Positions 8,022 to 16,695 of a DNA stretch of 42,595 bases are shown here, in pieces (positions within the stretch are counted from its first letter, which is position 1; every line of letters begins with the position of its first letter). A program made the position numbers and the translations under genes. The stretch is from positions 64,001 through 106,595 of the IMG/VR virus record IMGVR_UViG_3300009285_002354, one strand, 5' to 3'. The stretch comes from a virus (taxonomy: Duplodnaviria; Heunggongvirae; Uroviricota; Caudoviricetes). The notes below the pieces were generated by a model. The model did not search any database and had not been told where the DNA came from. It saw only the letters and a list, made by a program, of their open reading frames with translations.

Positions 8022-9707
8022 TTACAGCGTCAGGGCCTTGTCCGCCTCGGCCTCACTGACCGTGGTGGATCGATGCTGTTCCCCGCCCATGCCGCGGACC
8101 CCGGTCTGCTCGCAGAGCGTCTTGCGGTCCTTCACCAGGTCGGCGATCTTGGCCTCGAAAATCTTCATATCGAAGCCGTTCGTGCCGGTGGTGACGGACA
8201 TGCAGATGTCTTTGAACGTCTGGGTGCGGGCTTGCTCGGGCAGATCAGAGAGTGCTTTGGTCACGACCGCTTCTTTCTGGCGCGTCGCTTCCTGGACTTG
8301 CATCTCATCGACCTTGGCCTGAAGCTGCTTTTTCTCTTCGGTGATGCTCGCCACGCTCTTAGTGAGAGCTTCCTTTTCGGCGACGAGGGCCTGATTCTTC
8401 GTAGCCATCTCCTGCTTTTCACGGATCAGGGCTTGGACTTCCTCGTCTCGGGAGGCGGCTCCCTCGTGAATCAGAGTGCGAGCGATTTCGGGTCGTGCGG
8501 TCTTCAGGTCTTCGGCCTTCATGTCTTTGACGTCCATGGATTTGTCCTCCGGGGGAGTCTCCCCCTCGAAAACGTTTCTGGTAGTGGCCCCCTGAACAAC
8601 AAGGTCCACGGAATGTACTTTGGTGATCTCTTCCACGTACTGCTTGCCGTCCTGACCCCGAACGAGCTTTCCATCGGCGACGTGGGAGCAGCCGGCAGCC
8701 TCCGGCATGGTCTTTGCGATGTCCCAGAACTTGCGGCCGTAGGCGTCATCGAGCAGATGCGCATCCCCTCGGACCTTCCCGTCCTCGTGGCGGGGATTGC
8801 GGAACACACCCGCCAGATGCATCAGGTCCCGCTTCTGACCAGGGTCCGTGTGATTGATGAAGATTCTCACACCCTCATAGAGACCCCCTTTGACGGCCTT
8901 GGCCATCCCCTCCTGCTTGTACTCGTAGCCATGCGAAGAAACTTGGCCAAGCATCGCCACGTTCTTGACGATCCGCTTGCCATCCTCTTCGATGAACTCG
9001 GCGCCGTCGAACTTCATCGCCTCAATCAGCCTGGACTCGCTGGATCCCTCCTGCAGATCGGGCGCGTGGTAAACCTCATATCGCTGCTCACTGAATTGTC
9101 TGAGCAGGAAAGCCACCCGGGCCCTGACGGACGCCGGGGCCTTCTTCTGCCCCTGCGCAAGCCGCAGGGCATTGAGGTTGATCTCGCCTCTCTCTCTGAA
9201 CAAACCGTTTTTCGGATCGATCCCGCCGGCGCCCTCGTAGACGGGTAGCCGCCATGTCTCCCTCTTGGAAGGATCATCCACCCAGAGGAAACACTCCATG
9301 GGTAGTCTCGATTTATCGACCTTGGACCAGTCCGAGGTGGACGCCTCGGAAATCATTGCATCGGCCGGATGGACAGACTCGTACCGGCTGTTCCAGGCGG
9401 TGAAGCACATCGCAGAGGCTTCGTCATCCGCGATCGTGCTATTGCGGTCCTTCACCTCTTTGATGCACCGGGCGATGAATTCATACTGCTTCTCGCGGGG
9501 CGCACCCGGCTCGATGACGGCTGGACCCGTAGAGACTCTCGGCTGCGGCAAAGACTCGGAAACAGATTCTTTCGCTTTCCCCCGCCATGCCGCATAACAC
9601 ATGGCATTGGCTTGATCCTCATCCATGCCCTTCTCACCCACGGCCGCCTTCATGCAGCGGCTGTGGAAGTCGCTCTGCTTCTCACCTGGCGTCGGTTTAC
9701 ATGGCAT
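8022..9707 (-). CDS. Prohead protease-scaffold fusion with repeated N-terminal domains
   Basis: Central GVRIFINH..RDL..GVF..VRGDAHLL..CSH protease-like core, coiled-coil C-terminus, two N-terminal repeats. Confidence 0.75.
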   Translation of the reverse strand: MPCKPTPGEKQSDFHSRCMKAAVGEKGMDEDQANAMCYAAWRGKAKESVSESLPQPRVSTGPAVIEPGAPREKQYEFIARCIKEVKDRNSTIADDEASAMCFTAWNSRYESVHPADAMISEASTSDWSKVDKSRLPMECFLWVDDPSKRETWRLPVYEGAGGIDPKNGLFRERGEINLNALRLAQGQKKAPASVRARVAFLLRQFSEQRYEVYHAPDLQEGSSESRLIEAMKFDGAEFIEEDGKRIVKNVAMLGQVSSHGYEYKQEGMAKAVKGGLYEGVRIFINHTDPGQKRDLMHLAGVFRNPRHEDGKVRGDAHLLDDAYGRKFWDIAKTMPEAAGCSHVADGKLVRGQDGKQYVEEITKVHSVDLVVQGATTRNVFEGETPPEDKSMDVKDMKAEDLKTARPEIARTLIHEGAASRDEEVQALIREKQEMATKNQALVAEKEALTKSVASITEEKKQLQAKVDEMQVQEATRQKEAVVTKALSDLPEQARTQTFKDICMSVTTGTNGFDMKIFEAKIADLVKDRKTLCEQTGVRGMGGEQHRSTTVSEAEADKALTL

Positions 9708-9721
9708 GTCGTTCTCCGCGC

Positions 9722-9836
9722 ATAAAAAAAGGGCCTGCTCACAAGCACTCTCGCGAGTACCTATGAGCAGGCCCCTGTCTTACAGTAGGTCGCTACTCGA
9801 TATTCAGTTTTTCAAGCCCCCGTTTCCGGTAGGCTT
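9722..9836 (-). promoter_or_regulatory. Structured leader ending in a strong intrinsic terminator just upstream of the head genes
   Basis: Minus strand: CCG-GAAA-CGG hairpin, GTAG-CGAC-CTAC hairpin, then 11-bp GGGCCTGCTCA/TGAGCAGGCCC stem capped by a GCGA loop and followed by 7 U. Confidence 0.75.
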
Positions 9837-10015
9837 CAATCAGCAATCAGGGTCTCATGCTGCGAAATCACTTCCGCTCTCACGATGTGCCCCCCATCGA
9901 CAATCAGGTCGATACTGAGGCGACCGTGCTGCAAATCCACAGCGCGAGCCTTGAGCTTCGACCATAGCTTGTCAGCCTTCTGGCTGGAAGTCAAGGATTT
10001 TTCGGATTCAGTCAT
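9836..10015 (-). CDS. Small protein, DUF2292/YezD-like (59 aa)
   Basis: Hand translation MTESEK...DLQHGRLSIDLIVDGGHIVRAEVISQHETLIAD; below the ORF-track size cutoff. Confidence 0.55.
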   Translation of the reverse strand: MTESEKSLTSSQKADKLWSKLKARAVDLQHGRLSIDLIVDGGHIVRAEVISQHETLIAD

Positions 10016-10046
10016 AAGATTTACTGTGGATGTTTTTTCACCAGAA

Positions 10047-10187
10047 TTATTTCTTCATGCGCCTGAGTTCCCAGCGATCATATAGGATTTGTGCTACATA
10101 CAAAAAGACAGCCCAAAGCAATCCGAGAATACTGGCCAGGGCTATCACAATAGAGACCAGACATACCAGAATGCCCACATCGTTCAT
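10047..10187 (-). CDS. Small single-pass membrane protein
   Basis: GAGG RBS; hydrophobic stretch followed by basic tail. Confidence 0.45.
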   Translation of the reverse strand: MNDVGILVCLVSIVIALASILGLLWAVFLYVAQILYDRWELRRMKK

Positions 10188-10207
10188 GGTGCCAACCTCG
10201 ATTCCTT

Positions 10208-10405
10208 TCAGGCCATACAGCAGTGTTTGAACTTCTTCTGACTTCCGCACAGACAAGGATCGTTCCGTCCCACTTTGGCGACATTCACCAACTGGACGCC
10301 CGGGCGGTTTCGAGTACGGTCGTAGTCCCTCGGACGCTTCTGGGCCTCTGATTCGGTGAAGGCGGCTTTGGCTTTCTTCTTATCGAGCACCGTGCCATCG
10401 TCCAT
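10208..10405 (-). CDS. SEC-C motif protein
   Basis: [20 protein letters not shown] at the C-terminus. Confidence 0.85.
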   Translation of the reverse strand: MDDGTVLDKKKAKAAFTESEAQKRPRDYDRTRNRPGVQLVNVAKVGRNDPCLCGSQKKFKHCCMA

Positions 10406-10416
10406 TGCGGTCCCTT

Positions 10417-10611
10417 TCAGGTCTCCTTGAATCTGCATTCCTTCTCGTATTCAGAGTACACCCGCAAGCACTCAGGGCATCTGTGGGAGATACGCAGCCA
10501 GTTCGACAGGACGGTCAATCCTTCGAGCGTGTGGATGTAGTAGTACTGCTTACCGCACCATGTGCGCCAACCCCGTTGCCCTCGAATCAGAAGGTGAATG
10601 CCTTCGGCCAC
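10417..10611 (-). CDS. Hypothetical protein with Cys pairs
   Basis: GTG start abutting the upstream TGA; TWCG and CPEC motifs. Confidence 0.5.
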   Translation of the reverse strand: MAEGIHLLIRGQRGWRTWCGKQYYYIHTLEGLTVLSNWLRISHRCPECLRVYSEYEKECRFKET

Positions 10612-10893
10612 TCACTTCTCATTGGCGAGTCCGGCCAGTTCCCCTAGGACCCAAACCCCATGCTCAGATAGTTTCTTGCCGTACAACTTGAGGGCCTCTT
10701 TCGCCTCGGCCGCGCAGGCTTTCAGCCACTCGGAATCGACCTCTTCTTCGTTCAGGTCCACGATCCCGAAGATGTGAGGGAATTCCTTCTCATCCTTCAC
10801 GGCGAGTTGCGCCAACTCCTGCTGGAAATTCAGAAACTCCAGCGTCGGGCCCAAGTCATAATCATCCTTCGGTGTTCGGAGCATCATGGTCAT
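10612..10893 (-). CDS. Acidic hypothetical protein (candidate immunity protein)
   Basis: 93 aa, ATGA-coupled to the upstream ORF, downstream of the effector genes. Confidence 0.6.
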   Translation of the reverse strand: MTMMLRTPKDDYDLGPTLEFLNFQQELAQLAVKDEKEFPHIFGIVDLNEEEVDSEWLKACAAEAKEALKLYGKKLSEHGVWVLGELAGLANEK

Positions 10894-11030
10894 TCGTCGT
10901 CCTCCTCATTGCCTTCGTTCTCATCATGGTCCTCATCCTTGTCCGGCTTGCCCTTTTTGATGGTGAAGTCATCTTCCAGATCGTCCGAACCGTACCGCTG
11001 AATTCTCTTTTTGTTTTTCTCTTCGTCCAT
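10890..11030 (-). CDS. Very acidic 46-aa peptide
   Basis: MDEEKNKKRIQRYGSDDLEDDF...EEDDE; AGGTG RBS; starts 2 nt after the ART stop. Confidence 0.5.
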   Translation of the reverse strand: MDEEKNKKRIQRYGSDDLEDDFTIKKGKPDKDEDHDENEGNEEDDE

Positions 11031-11032
11031 AA

Positions 11033-12028
11033 TCACACCTCAGTAGCCTCGATCATGATATGCTGAAACTCATCTTTGCCGATCTTCATCACTTTCAATT
11101 TAGTGCCCTTCAAGAGCACATGCTCCTTCTCGTCTGGATATCGGCTGTATGCCGAGACGTTCCTGGTGCTCTTGGCCTTGATCTTCAACACGACCCCGAC
11201 TTTGGGTGATTGCTGACTGCGCTGAGTGGTCCTCGCGTACATCTGGGCCATTCCCTGATCCATAGTAAAAGACGACGCATGGCGCAGATCCAGCACGGAA
11301 CCCGTAGCTAAGGCGTCGATTTGCTCTTGGCTCCATGCGGTGCCACGAAAAACGGTGGCATCGACCGTGGGCAGCTTCTGGATGCCGGCGTAAAACTGCT
11401 TGTGTCGCTCCGTGTCGCCCCCCGAGCCGGTGTCAGCACTTGAAATGTCCTTCCAGCCCTCAGAGGCCCAATGGGTAAGGGCCTCTTTCTCTGAGTCACT
11501 GATAGGGCCGGCTTTGCCACTATCGGGCCCCGACGCCTTCTTGCCTCCGCCGGATTTGGAGGATTTGCTCTTGCTGTCGCCGCCAGGCCCGAATTTCTTT
11601 CTGAGGGCTGACGCCTTGCTTTGTCCGGGCTCGACGTGAACACGTGTTCCTGTATCCGTGGTGAACCAGTAGTCCCCGCCTTTGTCCGGCTCGTGCGTTT
11701 CATGGAGTTCGCCTTGGATTTGGCGGCCCCTAATCCGCACACTCTCAACCTCAGCGCTGCGCCGCTCGCTCATCTTGACGTGAACGGCAGTGACTTCGAA
11801 CTGTATGTCATCAACATCCCCCTCCACAGCGATTTCCATGCGCGCCAGAACCCCTGGGGTAGTTCGCGGTACAACCCGCGTCACACGCAGCACGTTTCCG
11901 ACTGATACGGATCGGGCCAGCGACGAACTCATGCCGGTGTGGATCACCTTGAGCTCTCGCTGCTCCCTATCTTGTATGTGGTTCTCTGCTGCCTTCGCTT
12001 CAAACGTGAGTATCCAACCTGTCTCCAT
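11033..12028 (-). CDS. R-S-E clade ADP-ribosyltransferase with N-terminal extension
   Basis: VFRG, ASSFT and DEKEHVLL catalytic motifs; start taken as METGW just after the MuF stop. Confidence 0.85.
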   Translation of the reverse strand: METGWILTFEAKAAENHIQDREQRELKVIHTGMSSSLARSVSVGNVLRVTRVVPRTTPGVLARMEIAVEGDVDDIQFEVTAVHVKMSERRSAEVESVRIRGRQIQGELHETHEPDKGGDYWFTTDTGTRVHVEPGQSKASALRKKFGPGGDSKSKSSKSGGGKKASGPDSGKAGPISDSEKEALTHWASEGWKDISSADTGSGGDTERHKQFYAGIQKLPTVDATVFRGTAWSQEQIDALATGSVLDLRHASSFTMDQGMAQMYARTTQRSQQSPKVGVVLKIKAKSTRNVSAYSRYPDEKEHVLLKGTKLKVMKIGKDEFQHIMIEATEV

Positions 12029-12030
12029 AT

Positions 12031-13557
12031 TCAATCCTCTCCGGTGAGCCGTATCTTCCCCATGAAAGTCCACTCTTTATTCAGCCGGTAGTTGCCGATG
12101 CCCTGTCTCTTGTAGGCATACCCGGTCTTTGTCTTGGTGTCCACGATGAGCATTATCATTCCGGCCTTGTACCCGTTCTTCTTCGCGTAGGCCAGCTTGC
12201 TCTCGACCTCATGCGCCTTCATCTTGATCTTGTACTCTTTGGCGTCCGTGGTGATCGTCTTGATCTCGTAGGCTTCTTTGGAGCCGTCCCATCTTGCATC
12301 GAGGGGATTCTGACGCTTGCCCGCCGGCAAGAGGGAGTTCATGCCCATCTGCTTGACCATGAGCCGCTCGCCCAGGTCGCCAAGAGAAGTGTTCGTGTTG
12401 CCGGTCGCCGTCAAACCACCTTTGATGCCGGGGTCGCGGCCTTTACCAGGCTCAGGCGGATCTTCCCAATTGGCCTCGGGAGACTTCCCAGGCGCCTTCC
12501 CACCACCGGGGGCGCTTCCACCGACTTCACCCGGCCTACCGGCGTGGGCAAAGTACCCCGAGCCAGGACCGCCCTCATCCATGCCCCCCAGATCATCCAC
12601 GCCAGCCGCGATCCCCTTCACGAATCCCTTCTGGCCTGGCATGGGGTCGCCGGATATATGTAATTCTGGATAACACAGGCAATGCGGATGTGCCGGAATC
12701 CCCGGCGGATCATCCTTATCAAAGAAGTGATCCCTGTTCGGTAGGCACAATTCCGGGCATGGACTGACCGCGCCCGCGCGCCAGACATACCCGTCGATCC
12801 ACGCCTTCTGCTTCGCATATCGGAAAGTTCCTTCTGAGAACGCCCGATTCAATTCCGTCCGCGCCAGCCGCATGGCGTTCTTGTAGGCGCTTTTGTAGAC
12901 TCCGGCGCCAGGCTCCAGCGCAGCCAGTGCCTTGCCTCTGAGGGTCAACGGCTGCGCGAGGTACTGCCTGATCTCTCTACTGAGCGTGGCCGCGGACTTG
13001 CCCTCCATCACTCCAGTCTGAATGATGGACATCATGCGCTTCTGCGTCTGCCAGGTGATATCCCAGACCCGATCTGAGAATGCGATGCCCCCCGGTTTCC
13101 AAGCCATGACCGCATTGACTGCGTTCGTGTTCATGCGCGACCAGGCGCTCTGCAGGAAGGTCTCCTTCGCCGCGTTCCACCTCACGACTTGGCCATCCTT
13201 GCCGATGAATGAGCTTCCGAGTTGGATGATCTTGTTCGCGATGCCGCCCGCATTGAGTGAGAGAATCTGCGCCTTGAAGGCATAGTCCACGGAGTTCGAG
13301 ATGCCCCGCTGAATAGAGCCGCTGATCGCCTTACGAAATTCGGGAATGCTGTCCTTGACGTAGCCGGTGAGCCGATTCGTTCTCTCCGTTGGAATCTTAC
13401 CCCCTTTCTCCTGCTTCGCCAGGACATCTGCCGTTTGGTCCGCGTACTTGGAGTAGAGATCAAAGAGTTGGCGCTGCTGGAGGGCGAGGTACGCCTCCCA
13501 CGAGGCTCGGGCCTTCTCTGTGGCAGTTCGGATTATTTGGGCGCGGTCAGGAGGCAA
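12031..13557 (-). CDS. MuF (SPP1 gp7-like) minor head protein with C-terminal PD-(D/E)xK-like domain
   Basis: RLARTE..C..C..HPHCLC MuF motifs; GGPGSG linker; GDLGE..PLD..YEIK tail. Confidence 0.85.
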   Translation of the reverse strand: MPPDRAQIIRTATEKARASWEAYLALQQRQLFDLYSKYADQTADVLAKQEKGGKIPTERTNRLTGYVKDSIPEFRKAISGSIQRGISNSVDYAFKAQILSLNAGGIANKIIQLGSSFIGKDGQVVRWNAAKETFLQSAWSRMNTNAVNAVMAWKPGGIAFSDRVWDITWQTQKRMMSIIQTGVMEGKSAATLSREIRQYLAQPLTLRGKALAALEPGAGVYKSAYKNAMRLARTELNRAFSEGTFRYAKQKAWIDGYVWRAGAVSPCPELCLPNRDHFFDKDDPPGIPAHPHCLCYPELHISGDPMPGQKGFVKGIAAGVDDLGGMDEGGPGSGYFAHAGRPGEVGGSAPGGGKAPGKSPEANWEDPPEPGKGRDPGIKGGLTATGNTNTSLGDLGERLMVKQMGMNSLLPAGKRQNPLDARWDGSKEAYEIKTITTDAKEYKIKMKAHEVESKLAYAKKNGYKAGMIMLIVDTKTKTGYAYKRQGIGNYRLNKEWTFMGKIRLTGED

Positions 13558-13575
13558 GCATATATCCTTTATGGA

Positions 13576-13881
13576 CTACCGTGGTGCCCTCTCCGTGTTG
13601 GTGTATCGAATCTGGATAACGTTCTTCTCGTCGGCTGGAAATGGATATGCCTTGCCGTCAACGCCGATGTAGCACATCTCACCCTTCTGAATGAACGTCC
13701 CGGCATGCACCTTGCGCACCCATCCATTCGGGAGAATTGTTTCACCGGGCTTCAAGGGGAAAGGGCTGTCCAGCTTGACGTCTGGACGATGGGCAATGCC
13801 CATGTTGGCTTTTCTCAGCGGCCACATAGCGAAGGCCGCGACACTACCGCATAGAGTTTTGATGAAGTCACGTCTGAGCAT
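13576..13881 (-). CDS. Small protein with twin-arginine signal
   Basis: MLRRDFIKTLCGSVAAFA after AGGGG RBS. Confidence 0.6.
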   Translation of the reverse strand: MLRRDFIKTLCGSVAAFAMWPLRKANMGIAHRPDVKLDSPFPLKPGETILPNGWVRKVHAGTFIQKGEMCYIGVDGKAYPFPADEKNVIQIRYTNTERAPR

Positions 13882-14167
13882 GAGATGCCCCCTTGACTTC
13901 CGGTGATTCAGGTTCACAGTTGAAATGCAGAAGCATTTTACCTCGTAAGAAGTGCTGGCATAATTCACTACATTCAACCCGCTCGGCACCCTCTGGCAGT
14001 GGATGTTGCTCTGTTGCTTCGCGCAACCACTGACAGTATTGATCCCAAACTGCCTTCTTTTGCTCGGGTAGGTGTGCCGTGTCATCCAATTCAATTTGCG
14101 AGATCACCTCCTCACGCATAGTCATGGAGGTCGGGTCCTTGAATAAATAGTGCAACTGGTACAGCAT
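13868..14167 (-). CDS. Hypothetical protein
   Basis: GGGAG RBS; 99-aa ORF in operon. Confidence 0.55.
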   Translation of the reverse strand: MLYQLHYLFKDPTSMTMREEVISQIELDDTAHLPEQKKAVWDQYCQWLREATEQHPLPEGAERVECSELCQHFLRGKMLLHFNCEPESPEVKGASHAQT

Positions 14168-14234
14168 GTTGTCTCCCTATTCCAGTTCCCCCTTGCTCTG
14201 GCAATCGATCTTTGACATTGATCCATTCGCACAT
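14112..14234 (-). pseudogene. DUF551-like N-terminal stub
   Basis: MCEWINVKDRLPE matches the W-I-x-V-K-D-R-L-P-E start of DUF551 proteins, then unrelated sequence. Confidence 0.45.
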
Positions 14235-14306
14235 CACGAACTTCCCATTACTATTCCCTACGTTTTCGTAACACGCGGGGCCAGAAGAGCGAGCGCGAGT
14301 CCTCGC

Positions 14307-14525
14307 CTATTGAAGCTCTCTGGCACCAAGCTCTGATACAATCAGACAGGCCATCGTGCGTATCAAGACACCCTGATACACCTGAGATTCTTCGTCCTCG
14401 GCCTGGGGCAGCCCGTGCTCGGCGATGATCTGGATGTCCACCTTGTACTGGCGGATCTCTGCCCACATCTGGTCCAGGTTCGCGAGGCTCACGGCCCTGG
14501 CTTGATCTTCCCGGCTCTGGCCCAT
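14307..14525 (-). CDS. Hypothetical protein
   Basis: AAAGGGG RBS; operon context. Confidence 0.5.
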   Translation of the reverse strand: MGQSREDQARAVSLANLDQMWAEIRQYKVDIQIIAEHGLPQAEDEESQVYQGVLIRTMACLIVSELGARELQ

Positions 14526-14573
14526 ACCGTGCCCCTTTCAAGGGTACAGTATACACTCTTCCGCTGAGCAAAT

Positions 14574-14990
14574 CTACTTGCTGAGTCTGCGGTAGGCGGC
14601 TTCGGCAATGGTCCTACCGGCCTCAATCACTTTCCCCTCTTGAACAAAGACGGCCTTCCGGTCCTTACCCCTCACTCCCGTGTAGAGCCACTCACGCAAC
14701 ACCATACGGGGTTTCTCTTGGCTTCCGTGGTTGCGGATCTCGACCCCTTGGAACTCGGCGCCCTCGGCAATGAGGGATTTGCAGTGCTCGCTGTGTACGT
14801 AGTTCTTGATCTTCTCCGGCCTGGGCTCGCCTGTCTCGTTCTGGGCTTCAGGTTCGGTCTTCGTCAGCAGTGCTTGCAGCCGCACGAGGTCCTTCTTGTC
14901 TGCATCCGGCCGCACAGTCTCCCCGTCCTTGTCCATGCACTTGACGTAGAGCTTGCCGAGTTCCTTACGTTCCTGTGATGTCAATGCCAT
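14574..14990 (-). CDS. Hypothetical protein
   Basis: AAGGA RBS; 138-aa ORF after portal. Confidence 0.65.
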   Translation of the reverse strand: MALTSQERKELGKLYVKCMDKDGETVRPDADKKDLVRLQALLTKTEPEAQNETGEPRPEKIKNYVHSEHCKSLIAEGAEFQGVEIRNHGSQEKPRMVLREWLYTGVRGKDRKAVFVQEGKVIEAGRTIAEAAYRRLSK

Positions 14991-15049
14991 GTTCAGTTTT
15001 CCTTATGTAGGGTTCCGATATGGCCGAGCCATGACGCCATGACTCGGGA

Positions 15050-16684
15050 TCAACTCCAATTCGCTTTGTCCGTTTGTTTGGCGAGATCGGTTTCGTCAGC
15101 CTCGTCCTTCTCGATTTCCTTCTTCTCTTGGTCGTAGTCATACCCCATCGTCGCACTGCAGGTCTGTCGAGATGCCCATTTGCGGTCCTGATGAATTGCC
15201 AGCGCGCTCGTCTCCTGGAGGATGTCCCTGTGGATCAGGGGCGGGAACTCCACCTGGCACTCGGTGCTCGTGAGGACTTCCTCCTTCTTCGGCTCGGGAA
15301 TGACCTTCACTGGCTTGGGTTGCTTCGGTTCATCCTTCGGATCATCAGGTTCATCTTTCTGCTTGAGCAACTTGGCGATGTCGCCAGCAATGTCCTCAAC
15401 CAGATGGATCCGGCCTTCCCGCAAAGCGTTGTTGTATCTGCGCCTGGCGTTGCGCAACTGGCCCTCGATGGTCTTGGTGCTATTGCCTGACAGGTCGCCG
15501 GTCGCGATTCCATGCTTGATGACCCGAGCGAAGACTGTCTCAATCATGTGCCGCACGAAGTCCTGATACTTCTCGAACATCTTGACCATGGGGGACTCGG
15601 CGACCATCGTTGAGCTGAAGTTGGCGTTCGAGGCGTCGCCTCGCACTACATACTCCGCAAGTCCAGTCCCCGCACAGATCATCAATTGAATGTTGCGGCC
15701 ATCCTCGGCGGCATCGGAGGCGTTTATGTTCAGGGCGTCCATCTCCCAATCAATGCCCTTCTGTATCCACACCATAGGAGCAGACGGCATTTTCTTGGGC
15801 GTACCTTCGCCGCTGTTGGTTTTTCCTGTGGTATCTGCGAACTTGTTCTTGATGGACGTGATGTCATTGGCCCCGACGCCTTTGACGTTGCCCTTGACGG
15901 CCCAGAGAGTTCGCAGGCGATTCAACTGGATGCGGAAGTCCAACCACTGCTCGTGCAGCCGGAGGTACTTCGCCACACCCATGAGCCAGGACAGGCCCCG
16001 CTTGACGTTGGAATCGACCCCATGCTTGAAGTGGTCGATCTCAGCGGCAGGAATCCACTCTTCCTTCTGGATAGCCCCCCGCATGTACCAGCGGTGGTAC
16101 TCCTGCACCTTCTCGATGTCATCCGGGTCGGTCTTGATCCCGAAGGCGTACGTCTGATCGGGGTCACTCGAAGGTGCCTTGATTTCGTCGGGCTCAATGA
16201 ACCGAGTCAAGAGATATTTCTTGCCGTCAAGGCCGTTGATCTCAGGCGGTTTGAACCACCGGAAGAACACTTCTCCATCCCGCAAGAATCGGCGGAATGC
16301 TTCTTTGCACCGCATTTCCCATTTGCTCACCTTGGCCCAGTTGTCCCAGTATTCTTGAACATCGGGGTTCTCGTCCTGCACGATCACCTTCACGGATTCG
16401 CCGATGACGAAACTCTCCATCGTGTCGAGCAGCCCGCGCCCCCCAGCATGATAGGAGAGCTCCAGTGCTGCTGTCCACATCTCCGACAAGTCAGACTCGG
16501 TGTAACCCAGCGGTTGCCGTCCCGTGCCGGACGTTTTCCACTGGTCCTCATCTGTGTCTTTGGCAAACACAGGAATCGCTTCACCGATAGCCTCTGCCGC
16601 TTTGCGACTGGTGATCTCCTCGGCAATGAGTCTCTGCGTCCGTTCTCGGCGCAACTGGATGGATGGGAAGATACGTTCAAGCAT
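15050..16684 (-). CDS. Portal protein
   Basis: RDGEVF..RFIEPDEI..HFK..KRGLS..RGDASNANFSS; follows TerL; start taken at MLERIFP. Confidence 0.9.
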   Translation of the reverse strand: MLERIFPSIQLRRERTQRLIAEEITSRKAAEAIGEAIPVFAKDTDEDQWKTSGTGRQPLGYTESDLSEMWTAALELSYHAGGRGLLDTMESFVIGESVKVIVQDENPDVQEYWDNWAKVSKWEMRCKEAFRRFLRDGEVFFRWFKPPEINGLDGKKYLLTRFIEPDEIKAPSSDPDQTYAFGIKTDPDDIEKVQEYHRWYMRGAIQKEEWIPAAEIDHFKHGVDSNVKRGLSWLMGVAKYLRLHEQWLDFRIQLNRLRTLWAVKGNVKGVGANDITSIKNKFADTTGKTNSGEGTPKKMPSAPMVWIQKGIDWEMDALNINASDAAEDGRNIQLMICAGTGLAEYVVRGDASNANFSSTMVAESPMVKMFEKYQDFVRHMIETVFARVIKHGIATGDLSGNSTKTIEGQLRNARRRYNNALREGRIHLVEDIAGDIAKLLKQKDEPDDPKDEPKQPKPVKVIPEPKKEEVLTSTECQVEFPPLIHRDILQETSALAIHQDRKWASRQTCSATMGYDYDQEKKEIEKDEADETDLAKQTDKANWS

Positions 16685-16695
16685 AGTCAAACCCT

